A stretch of 64,000 bases of DNA from Diadema antillarum (Eukaryota). The notes beneath the pieces were generated by a model. It had not been told where the DNA came from. It did no database searches and saw only the letters and a program-made list of their open reading frames with translations. The DNA is taken from assembly GCF_040938485.1 (NCBI RefSeq), contig NW_027272869.1:124001-188000 (forward strand), in the 5' to 3' direction. The translations under genes and the position numbers were made by a program. Positions 13,301 to 24,244 of the stretch are shown here, one piece after another (the stretch's first letter is position 1; each line of letters begins with the position of its first letter).

Positions 13301-16300
13301 TCTGGCGACTTTGTGTTCGTTTTGTGATGCAGGGTCACATTTAATAAAGGAGGGAGGAGTTGTAATCAAAATATTGTATGAAAACCTTTGTTTGGAGAAC
13401 GTGTAATACGCTCCTCAAGACAGCTGATGGTCTTGATTATCTCTTCGTATCCAAAAGTATGATATTTCCAATACATTTGTATTTATTTACTTACGTATTC
13501 ATGCATTTAAAGAATCCACAGAGGAACACAAAGAGCAGAGTGAGAACTAACTAACAAACAAACACATTTTAAGATAAATGTTATAGCACATACAGAGACA
13601 GTACATTAAAGAGATCAGGGCCCTGTTTCATAAAGCTGTTCGTAAAGTTACGAACAACTTACGAACGACTGGTGATCAGTTCTGATGTACTATACCTATC
13701 AGAGCCCTGATCTTAAGATCTTAAGATAAATGTTATAGCACATACAGAGACAGTACATTAAAGAGATCAGGGCCCTGTTTCATAAAGCTGTTCGTAAAGT
13801 TACGAACAACTTACGAACGACTGGTGATCAGTTCTGATGTACTATACCTATCAGAGCCCTGATCTTAAGATCTTAAGATAAATGTTATAGCACATACAGA
13901 GACAGTAACATTAAAGAGATCAGGGCCCTGTTTCATAAAGCTGTTCGTAAAGTTACGAACAACTTACGAACGACTGGTGATCAGTTCTGATGTACTATAC
14001 CTATCAGAGTTCCCATAATTCAGCACAAGATCTGATCACCAGTCGCTCGTAAGTCGTTCGTAACTTTACGAACAGCTTCATGAAACACCCCGAGGTATAC
14101 ATGGATACGGAGGGAAATTGCCCATTCAGCTGTGTCGGCGAGGACTCCGTTGTTCTTCCGTGGGGTAACGAGAGTATTAATGCGACGAAAAATGTTCATA
14201 TGAATAATCAACTAATTCAATAAAATACATGTATAGAATGACTCGTAAAAATTCAGTACGAAATACATTGTATCTAAAATGAACAATTATAAAAAGTGAG
14301 GACAAAAACTTTTCAATCCATTTCTGAACAATTGATAAACTGTCAGACAACTTTAATTCAAAAGGAAGACAGTTGAATTGTCAAGCACCTCTATAAGAAG
14401 AGTTCTTTTGTAATAATCCGTATCGGGTTTTGGTAAAAATAATTTTCCGTGGGACCTTAGCAAATAGTAATGTTGGTTGTATTTGAACAAATTTTGTAAA
14501 TAAGGAGGGGGCAATTCATTAATTGCTTTATATACCATGGTGTTTAGATGACAATAAGGTCTAGATTCCAAAGAGTTATACCTTATACGGGTATGAAGCT
14601 CTGTAATTGAAACATGTTCATAGGGGCTCACGCCAAGTATAGTGCGAATAGCTCGATTTTGTAATTTTTGTACCTAAGGGGTTATATACTTATAGCAGCT
14701 GCTGTTCCGTATAATATGTCTCCACAGTCAAACATTGGGAATATAATTGCGTACCATGACATGAAGAGAAATGGTATAGAAGATCTCGATCGTACTCTAA
14801 TTAAAATCAGTTCAGGAGAATCAAACACTTCAGAGTTTATCAATTCATAACTGACCGAGCTCCGAAAAATGTAAATGGCAACACCACCCCCATTGCGGTT
14901 TCGATCTTTACGAATCAAGTCCTAATCTTCAATCTTTAACTCGTTGTAACTAATGGTTTTATCCAATACAGTCTCATTTAAGGCTAAAATATGAATATCA
15001 TTGTCATAATATAATAGTTTGATTTCTTCAATGTTTCGATATAAACTACGAACATTCAGATGAATGCATTTGAAATCCTTATTGTCAAATTAGTCATACT
15101 TAATAGATTTGGCAGAATTGCTTTCAGTAATATCCACATTTCGTTCAGTAAATACTTTATTAGTACATTTCTTCTTGGATACAGTAAATTAGGACGAAGG
15201 AAAAGGTAAGTACTGAAAAATGCATTTTGGGCATCTCCAATTGATAAATGAGTAATGAATATCATCATGTTCTTTTTTTTTATTCCCACACAAGTAATGT
15301 GCATCCAGGCAAAGCATGAAGTAGGCCCTACATTGTAGTCTTCTCTGATTGTTTGTTTGGTTTTTTTTTACTGATTTGGCACATGATACACAGGGGTATT
15401 TTAGAGTCATGAAAATGTCAAACAACTTTTATCATGAATCAATGCAATAATGAATGAAAAGAAAAGAAAATCAAATCACCTGTGTCAAGTAAAACTTACC
15501 GACAGAAGATAGGACTTAATAATGAAAACCACTTCAGTATATAAAGAGAATGCATCATTATAACCATACACACTAATATTGCTGTAGTTATATGTAGATT
15601 TGACCAAAGTTGGATTCTCATTATGTATGGGTTGAATAGGCGTCAGCACATTACAGGGAAAAGTTACGATCAGGTCACTTTCCGAGTTGATGACCCGTTT
15701 GATTGTCTTTCCTCCAGTAGCAGGAAGCAGAGCGATTACTCTTCCTTCCGATGACCAGGATGAAAAAAAAACTTTACAGCACGCTTTTGTTTTTGTAAAA
15801 ACATTTAATGTAGGCCCTACATGACACATCTGATACTCGTAATCAAAGGGTTAATGGAGAGGGCCTGTTAACGGGAACGTGGTTGAAAAAGAGCATTCTC
15901 CTTACCGAGCTACAGTGAACCCTATACACACTTCAAATTAAGTAAAAGTAACTTTATACAGAGTATTTGTAGAGGAGTGCGGTCGGTTCTTGCCTGTCCT
16001 GACGTATAACAATGAAACTAATATCGACAACTTGAACATTGCTGAAGCAGGGAGGTATGCGAATAGCTTAACAGGTGCGAGTAAGGGAAAACACTTAATG
16101 ATTAATCTTTACTGTGTATGTTTATACATAAAATGCTCTCTGGCGTAGGTTCGTCTATCAGAAAGACAGCTATGTAGCTGCCAAGTATTTGTGGAAGACA
16201 AAATGTAAGTAATGTTTTCAATAAAGGATAAACAAGACAATATGTTACCTTTTATCAAGCTGCCACACACAGCGAGAAGGAGCCCGGCGGAGTGATACAA

Positions 16301-18567
16301 TGGAAGTGAAATGTAGTACACATCGTCTGCTGTAAGTTGGCTGTACAAATGGTAATAGAGTCCCGCAGCCACAAGTTTTGAATTGGGTATTACAGCCGGT
16401 TTGGGCATCCCTGGTATAAAGGGGGGGGGGGGGGGTGGAGGGTGGATAAAATACATAATTTGTTATTTTAGCAGATTTTATGCAAAGAACTTATACCCAC
16501 ACTACTCTTAAAAATTATCTCTTTGGTTGTATAAATATACGATTGGGTGGTGATGGCATTTGGCGCCAATAACCATTATTATTGGGTTTGAAAAAATATA
16601 CCATGCAGACACTAAAATCTTGCATAATATTATGTCAGTCTAAACTTACCTGTAAGACTGATTGAGTTTGTCACAACCGATATAATCTATATCAACAATC
16701 TTATTAGTGAATTTTCAAAATTACAGTTATTTTTAGAAAGCTTCAATGGCGTCTAGATCACTATATATCACTATGATGATCTATCATTTTTTATCCTTAT
16801 TTTGCGAGCGTTTCTTTCTTCTCTAATTAATTGAATGAGACAATAACTAAGTATTCATCCTAGACTTGGGTAGACTGTAGAGTGCCGCTTACGAGAGTGG
16901 AGATGAATTTTCGTCAAAGCGGATCGTTTCACAATCATTATTATGCTGACATACTCGTATATAGGTTATAATAGCTCGGCATGCAAACCCCTATTGATAG
17001 CAACAAAACTCTTCGATTTGTTTACATGATACAAGCATCATGATTGCACGTACAGAAGCTTAAGTTACATTTCTGTCTTTTCGCATGAGTGCGTTGTTTC
17101 AGCTTTTTTTTTTTTAAATGGGGAAAAGAAGTCCTGACGACAAACTTCTCTAAACTTGATTCCCTCTTACCCGTTGTTCCAGATGTGAAGATGTACGAAG
17201 CTACGTCATTGATACTTTCAATACGGACCGAAGGGTAATGATCATCGGATACCGTGACGATATCCATGGTTACCACATCGTTCGGCGGCGACAGGTCCTC
17301 AATGTCCGTGTCGTTGACCATCCAGAGGTCGATGCCTAGCTCGCGAAGATCGGGCAGGATGTCGCACACGGCGGAAAGAAACTCTGTGGTCGACACAAAT
17401 CGGAGTATGGAAATATTAGAATGGGACAGAAAATCGCTGTGATCTGTCTGCTATTGTGTGCGTGGATGTGGATGTGCTTTTTTTTTTTTTTTTGCACGTG
17501 TACACTTGTATTCGTGTGCATTTTTCGAATCAACCCTGCGGTAGAATTAAGTTTCCTGTAGCCGAAGACTCGAATGAAATCTCACCGTTATAGCTGTTCA
17601 CGTTCGTCACTCGCTGAACATTTTTCTGTAGGTTCGAGATAAAGACATATCTAAAAAACAAACAAACAAACAATCAATATAAACGCACGAGTGTGAATAC
17701 CAAGTTCTTCTTCGTGACTGATGCAATATGTAACAAGAAACTGCCATATCTGAAGTATGTTTTGAAGATTTCCACATTCAGTGACATTGGATTTTTTCTC
17801 TTCAGCATCTCACAATATTTTGTAGGCTTACTAGATCTGGGCTCTGCAGCAGCACTAATTTATAAAACTTGCCGCTACTTAGCAAAAACAAGCGAACAAA
17901 CAAACGAAATGATCAGAGCTGACGATCTGTAGCTAAACAGTCTTGTTGCAGATGCAATGTTTTTGGTTACATTTGGCCATTTTGAAAGTTTTTTTTAAGG
18001 GTCTTATTGCTGGAGGTACTGACCTCATTTCATTTCACTGAGCTACAAGTGTTACTTTCAAAACAGCAAACCTGAACCAAAGATGAGTTTCTTGGCTTCG
18101 CTTGTTCGTATGCAGTGCAGAAGTGTAGCTCCACGGAGGTTGTAATTTATCAGGCTCGAAATGACGCCCAGCTTCAACAGTCCCAACCACGTCCACAAAA
18201 ACGTTGGCCCGTTGTGTAGAAGGACGCACACCGCGTCACCTTTCTTCAAGCTGGGGTCCGAACCGCTGATCCATCGGGCCGTCATGCTTGCCTTGCGGTT
18301 CACGTCGACATAGCTGTATGATTCTTCCTGGTACAGGATGCAGGTATGGTTGGGAGTCTCCTTCGCGTACTTCTCGAAGAAATCCGCGAAGGAAGTTTTC
18401 GTCTTATCAAGACTTTCAAGGGTTTTAATGACATTCACAATGCGGCGCAGTTGTTCCACGTCAGAAAGTAAGGTCGGGTACTTCCATCGAAGCCAGGCGT
18501 ATCCGGATGGGATGGACACGGCTGCGATGGCTGCGGCCTTCTGACCAGTACTCCAAGATAAAGACAT
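6634..18567 (-). CDS. SLC27A2-like: SLC27/FATP acyl-CoA synthetase, paralog C (9 exons, 629 aa, C-terminal SKL)
   Basis: Exons: 18072-18567, 17171-17383, 16249-16410, 12505-12629, 11884-12084, 10956-11049, 9347-9545, 8678-8775, 6634-6935; total 1890 nt, exon sizes identical to B. Motifs [36 protein letters not shown]; ends SGQSKL*. Confidence 0.92.
7346..7380. repeat. (TG)n microsatellite
   Basis: Run of TG dinucleotides. Confidence 0.9.
7555..8526. mobile_element. Probable truncated DNA-transposon remnant rich in TACGA/TCGTA motifs (Harbinger-like?) in intron 8 of paralog C
   Basis: Dozens of CGTACG/TACGA/TCGTAAG motifs flank a GA-rich core; right end TGTGACCGTAGCT followed by TTA; homology to intron 8 of B resumes right after 8527; no matching left terminus found. 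Confidence 0.45.
12645..13338. mobile_element. TIR MITE with 4-bp ATTT TSD in intron 3 of paralog C
   Basis: TIR GTGACC(G/C)TGCATCACAAAACGAACA (25 bp, 1 mismatch); ATTT at 12641-12644 and 13339-13342; the homologous intron of B near 30107 has a single ATTT (empty site). Confidence 0.85.
13569..14010. repeat. Tandem repeat, 3 x 152 bp, each unit containing the left arm of a palindromic MITE
   Basis: Units start at 13569, 13721 and 13873 (TTAAGATAAATGTTATAGC...); near-identical. Confidence 0.93.
13923..14091. mobile_element. ~170-bp palindromic MITE (possibly Harbinger-like), copy 1
   Basis: Arms TGTTTCATAAAGCTGTTCGTAAAGTTACGAAC...CTGGTGATCAG and their reverse complement; second family member at 57399-57552. 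Confidence 0.75.
14330..15430 (-). mobile_element. Internally deleted, degenerate CR1/L2(Crack)-like LINE in intron 3 of paralog C
   Basis: PHD-like [12 protein letters not shown]...LQC and WRCPKC; endonuclease HLNVRSL...LALNETVLD...[14 protein letters not shown]...FMSWY joined directly to the ORF2 tail [15 protein letters not shown]...[18 protein letters not shown]...[12 protein letters not shown]; stops and frameshifts; RT core absent. Confidence 0.75.
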
Positions 18568-19125
18568 GCCAGATTTTCGTCCTCAGGACTGTTTTCACTG
18601 AGCAAGTAAACGATTTGCGAAAGATGAGAATATCTGAAAATCGCAACGTCCAAAATGTGTATTCTAGTCTGCAAAAGATCACCCCAATGTCGAGAATGTT
18701 TCCGGAATCGTGGTCTTTGACTTGCTGGTGATTTGTTTATTAAGAGCTTCGTCATATGCACAAGACCTACTCAAGACGTGTGCGACGCAAACTTCGTGAA
18801 ACTTGAACATCAGGTCCCGACAATATAGAGAATGTCTCGCGTTTCTTCGAAAGCAGCGAAGTTCGTCCGATCACTTTTCGACGCGCCCACCTGACGTCTG
18901 ACTTCTATAGACTAGAAGGATACGGTGTGTGAGGGAGCAAAACAACTGAAAACCAACAAAAACAAAAACAAAATGTGCTATTGTTTACAGTACCTTTTAT
19001 GAGCTGGCACGATATACTTCTCCTTTTGTGTGAGTGTGTGTGTTCGAGAGTAATGAAGTGTTTAGTATTCTCATTGTGTTTGCTTCATGTCATACGACAC
19101 TACCTTACGCCAAGACTGTCATGAC

Positions 19126-19138
19126 CGTTCAAAGTACA
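19126..19138. promoter_or_regulatory. DR1-like element upstream of paralog C
   Basis: CGTTCA-A-AGTACA about 560 bp upstream of the ATG. Confidence 0.55.
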
Positions 19139-19589
19139 AATCCCTTAAAGGCTAAAACATAATTTTCAGAAACATTCATCTTCAACCATGTGGAATATAC
19201 TTGCAATACAATATATCTACCTAGAAACTTACCTGGCTGACGTTTTCCGTGATGAAGTTTTAGGTGATGAGTTATTCTGGAGACTTTCAGATTAAAAGCG
19301 TGTAATTTTTAAAGTGGATGTAGAAGACTTCTATTCCTGAAGCGCTATCCCTGTTTAGTAACGGGTATGTAGAAAGCTACTAGTATCCAATGTCATGAAT
19401 ATGGGGAATTGTGATGATTGAATCACCCCCTAGCATGTACTGAATGGAATGCAGCTGAGAAGCTGCATGAAAATCACGCTAGTGCGATGGGTACTACTGC
19501 TGTGGCCTGATATTTTGTAATTGATGTAATCCAACGTGAATCATCAAATAGCATCCACGATCGCTTGGATTACTTCCGACGAGTCGGTT

Positions 19590-19621
<32 letters not shown>

Positions 19622-19983
19622 TTTTTTTGGGGGGGAGGGGTAAGGTCGAGCATTTCTGTCATTACCCAACTGAAATCGTGTAATAGCAGCGTTATTTCAC
19701 CCATTTCTTATGTATAAGTCTGCAATCGTTAGAGGAACAATGGGCAGGTTGTATATTCATATTGAAACTTTGTTTTTACCTTTAAAGTAAACAAGGCAAA
19801 CATAATCGGGTCATTCATATCGCGCAAAAAGATAGCGCCGTGGAGATAGTCATTCATCTTCGTTTTTTTTTTGATCATACAATGTCCCACTTCGGTGAAG
19901 GAGTTTAGCATTTGCAGTGTAAATTGCATCTTTCAAACTAGAGTGCACGTCGAGAGCGTTCAAATCCATTAGAATGCTATATA

Positions 19984-20952
19984 CACTCAGCAAAAAAAAA
20001 AAAGAGAAGAAAGTAAACATTTTGTCAGGTTCAATTTTCTCAGAAAATTTGTCTAAATATCAATGTTTTATATACCATGTTGAAGGTAATTTCATTGGCT
20101 ATCAACCTGGTATCAATAAAGAGGCAAGACTTTATGCATGAGTGAACACTAACGTTTTTCTCTTCCAAGGCTCAAAAGTAAAAATTGCAAAATCGGACAA
20201 GTTGTGATTCGAATGTGCTTTCCTTAACAATGAGGAGAAAAAGACATTTCACACGATAACAAATGCAGATTAATATGAAAAATCATCCTGAGATCCCTAC
20301 GATGAATAAAGATAAAAATGGCGAATAAAATGATGGAGAAAAAGGAAAAATCTTCTGTTCATTCCATATTCAAATGCCATTAATGGGGCAACATTAACAA
20401 AAATGGTAGAAATTCCAAGTGTTATTTCAAATTAAGAAAATTGAAAATGATCTTGTTCTTGAGTTTCTCTCATGAATTCTTAAATTCATAAATCAAAAGA
20501 ATAAACTAAAGAGATTATGTCCATTTAATTACCTTTGGGACTAACCCCCTGTGTCATTTGAAGTTTGATTCGTTATTTTCTCCATTAGTTTCCTGTTTTT
20601 TGTTTGTTTGAGGTTTTAAGCAAATATAAGGGAACGAAAATCTATTTTTGCCATTTCATTCATGACTCTCGTTGCTTTAAATTGATCTTTAGTTATCCTT
20701 TCTATCTTGAAGGGCATTTGGAAATGAATAAAAAAATGCCAATTTTTGTAATTTTTGCTTTTGTGTCTTGGAGGACATTATATCAATGTGTTCACTCATG
20801 CGTAAAATTTTCCTTTAGATTATCCTACCAGGTTGATAGCTAATTGAATAATCTTTAATATGGCATATGAAACAGTGATTTTTACCAAAATCTTCTATTA
20901 AAAAAATGTTCTTGAAAAAGTGTTTATTTTCTTTCTTTTTTTTTGCTAAGTG
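19984..20952. mobile_element. Tc1/mariner-like MITE
   Basis: TA on both sides; termini CACT(C/T)AGCAAAAAAAAA...AAACA form imperfect TIRs of about 45 bp; AT-rich non-coding interior. Confidence 0.65.
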
Positions 20953-21960
20953 TATATATTTATATATACGTGTATAGGTTTTCAGAGAAATTTCTCGCCT
21001 CTTTTAGTCCAATGCCTGTATTCAATTTACCAAAATTTAGCCTAGATGACATGTGCGGTATTTCAATTTTATGATTTCATCATTCAAATTCATTTTGAAG
21101 CATTCGGATTACTTTTTAGTCATTCTAATCAACACCTTTTTCAATTAGAAATCGTAGGACACGCACCGTTTCGCTATTTGTTCATTCAATTTAGAATGAT
21201 GATATTAATATGTGCTGCGCTCGACTCATAATGACTACCGTATTATAATTATTTCTTGCCTACATTTTTGTCTTGTCTTCTTCGCGCAAAGCATGCAGAT
21301 TTTGCTGCAAACAGGCAAAAAAACAACAAACAAATAATGTGCTGCAATGATAATAATTGGAAAAAAACACTGACATTCTGGTTCTCACGCCAGTTCTGTC
21401 TCAATGGATGACAATACCAAATGCTCAAATGAGTCTCCTCTCTCTGTTTTTGTATACAATGCTCATCGATTACGGCCAAAGATAACCACTGATTTTCTCA
21501 AATATCATGTACATAATTTCGGGTCAAACTGTACATTTATGAGTGCTGGGTACAGATACCCTACTCTTGAATCTTAAATAACCGTATACATGATAGTGTA
21601 ACCAAGGGGTCGTATCAGCAAGAACGAGGCTCGTAATTAACACTGAAACCAAAATAAACACCCAGACATTCCACTGGAAAGACAAACTATACAAACAAAC
21701 CGTCAGGAATTTATAGATTTGACATTGTGTTCACTTAAAGCCAGTTACCATGGTTACAGAGGATACAGTTCTACAAATATATCCTGGCATATAATACCGT
21801 GCTGAGTGAAACGGGATAAACTTGATATAGCTTAACGTCTTTTTTTTTTTAATTTCACAAACATCATAATTATGCCCCGTCTGTTACGTAATGATAGCAA
21901 TGAGTAAGGGGTATCTCGGGTGAAGATAGTGCACACCATAGTAACGGCACTAGCTGTAGG

Positions 21961-21964
21961 AGTA

Positions 21965-21997
<33 letters not shown>

Positions 21998-22045
21998 AAG
22001 TAGTAGCATAGTACATTGTAGTAGTTGTAGTAGCAGCAGTATAGT
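21961..22045. repeat. (TAG)n microsatellite
   Basis: TAGTAGTAGTAG... with a degenerate right half. Confidence 0.9.
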
Positions 22046-22613
22046 ATAGCGCATGTACTAGTATCTTGGTAGTAATAATGATGATAGAGGAAGTACACGT
22101 CCAGCTGAAAAGCAGAAACAGCATGCTGTAGACGCATGGAATTTATTATGCACAGTTTCATTCTGTAAATTGCACCGTAATATCACAAATTACAGAAATT
22201 AATGAGATGCTGGAATAAAACAGGGAAGCAAAATAAAAAAAAAGGAACGAAGGAAAAAGTTTATATGAAATGCTCAAGTAAAGCGATAACGAAGCAGTTT
22301 GGATAGAAGCGTAATATTACATTGTATTTCCTTTTTAATCTTTAGGCAACAAATTCAATGAAAACGGAAACTACGATATTGGTCATATAATTTAAGATGG
22401 AATGAAACTTATACAATCGTACAGTATACCAGTTGGTATTACATGTTAGTTATTAATCATAGAACTATCCTTCTGAAAACTTCCGAAGAATATGGAACAA
22501 TGCAAATACTAGTATACGAGAGGTATATTGTTTACAATGATTAACATAAGATAAATTGGTGCATAACTTTAGGGCACTTTGGACTCCCGTCAGAATGGCT
22601 GCCCCCATTCTCT

Positions 22614-22738
22614 TAGCCTTTTGCAAAGGCAGCTCGCAATACAGTAATTTGTGGACGTGCACAGTCCCAGCGAGCTGCTTGCTCCGCTCGCTGTGTGCGA
22701 GTCCACATATTATTGCGAGCTGCCTTTGCAAAAGGCTA
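22614..22738. repeat. Hairpin with perfect 28-bp arms
   Basis: TAGCCTTTTGCAAAGGCAGCTCGCAATA (22614-22641) and its exact reverse complement (22711-22738), plus inner TGTGGAC/GTCCACA pairing. Confidence 0.85.
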
Positions 22739-24244
22739 CCATTCTCTCTGCAGATCTCCCAAATCCTGTAAGATACAATGACATGATAACGACACAACTG
22801 AAGCAGTATAATATAGTATAAGACATTAAGCACGGGAACGTAGACCAGACGCTTTGTCCTGCAGGCACTATTAGGGTATCGAGTCCATCGTTTTTGTTAA
22901 CCATACCAGCTCACCGAGATATACGACTCTTAAGAACTTTGAACACAGCATAGTAATTCGCTTTCACAGCTAAAAATAAAAGAACAATTCTGGACAAAAG
23001 TTTCTTAATTAAAAAAATGACTATCGATAAAACTTACAATAACCACAATATCAATAGTTCAATCAAATTCGGATTAAAAGTAAGGAAGTTACGAAATCTT
23101 AAAGATAGGGCACTTTTTTTTTGCAAAACAATGTTCGAACAATGATATTAGTATTTTTTTTTTTAGTTTTTGTTGGTTAAATCATCCAGCTAGATGTGAG
23201 GTGGGAATACTCAGCAGAGCTCATGATGTTATCCCTTCATATTTTCTTAAAGGATCGTGTAAAAAAAAACACACAGAAAATTCATTTTCGTATGAATAAC
23301 ATCTGGCTGAATAACGTTATACTGATGATCAGTCAGATACACAGTATACAAGGATTTGGGGTATAAAGAACAGCAACAACAATAATAACAACAACAACAA
23401 AATCAAAGTCAAGATATATACTTTTATGTACAAATTATGCCCCACAGTACCTAGACTACGATATCATCAACTCGCTCATTCGCATGTTCGTATAGACTGT
23501 TCAGGAATAGTTTTACATAAATTAGCAAAACTTCACAATACCATAACAGGTTTTTATTCGATTCTGTTCAAGCTTTTCACTGTTTGGTTTATATTATTTT
23601 ACTTTTTCATTCCACTTAAATAAAGAAAAAAAAGAAAAAAAGATTAATCTGATTTTGTCCTTTCGTGTGTAGGTAAAGGCTCCAACCTTTTCGCGACTAG
23701 TTTGCATATCGATATTAGGCACTTAGGTAGGTTCTGTGACATATTACAGCATTGCCTGATGACATCTTTGCACATTGGATTTCGTGCAAGGAATGTCACT
23801 TTCAATACTTCGAGGGTGTATCTAAACAATGAAGAATGTGCTGTTGTTTTTTCTGTCTAATCGTGTCTAGCAGAAAATGGGGTTCGTGAAGAATCCGCCA
23901 CTCCTGTCAAGGAGCAAATCAACTAAGCTAAAAATCCGATAAGTTGTTTGATAACAATACCCAATTTAAACTTGTACAAGGTAGGCAAGTACCTGTTCAG
24001 GTTGATGTATTCTGAGGGTTTCATCACTGTCGGATTCGATTCGCATGCCCCAGGTTATAACAGCTTTCCACACAAGTGTATACATATAGATATATTTTAA
24101 TATATATTGATAACATATCTATATAAAATCGCAAAAGAATTAAGAAAGATTACATCCATCAAGTGGAATATTTTCCAGTTGGTGCCGACGTGGTTTTAAG
24201 TTCACATGAGATTGGCAACATTTCAGTAGTGTTCCTGGCGCGCT

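Noticed and set aside
13569-14010. CRISPR-like repeat array
   Set aside because: Eukaryotic context, identical units without unique spacers, and no cas genes.
15600-15780. Possible stray coding exon on the plus strand ([21 protein letters not shown]...)
   Set aside because: Short, no recognisable family and no convincing splice pair; a tBLASTx search would be needed.
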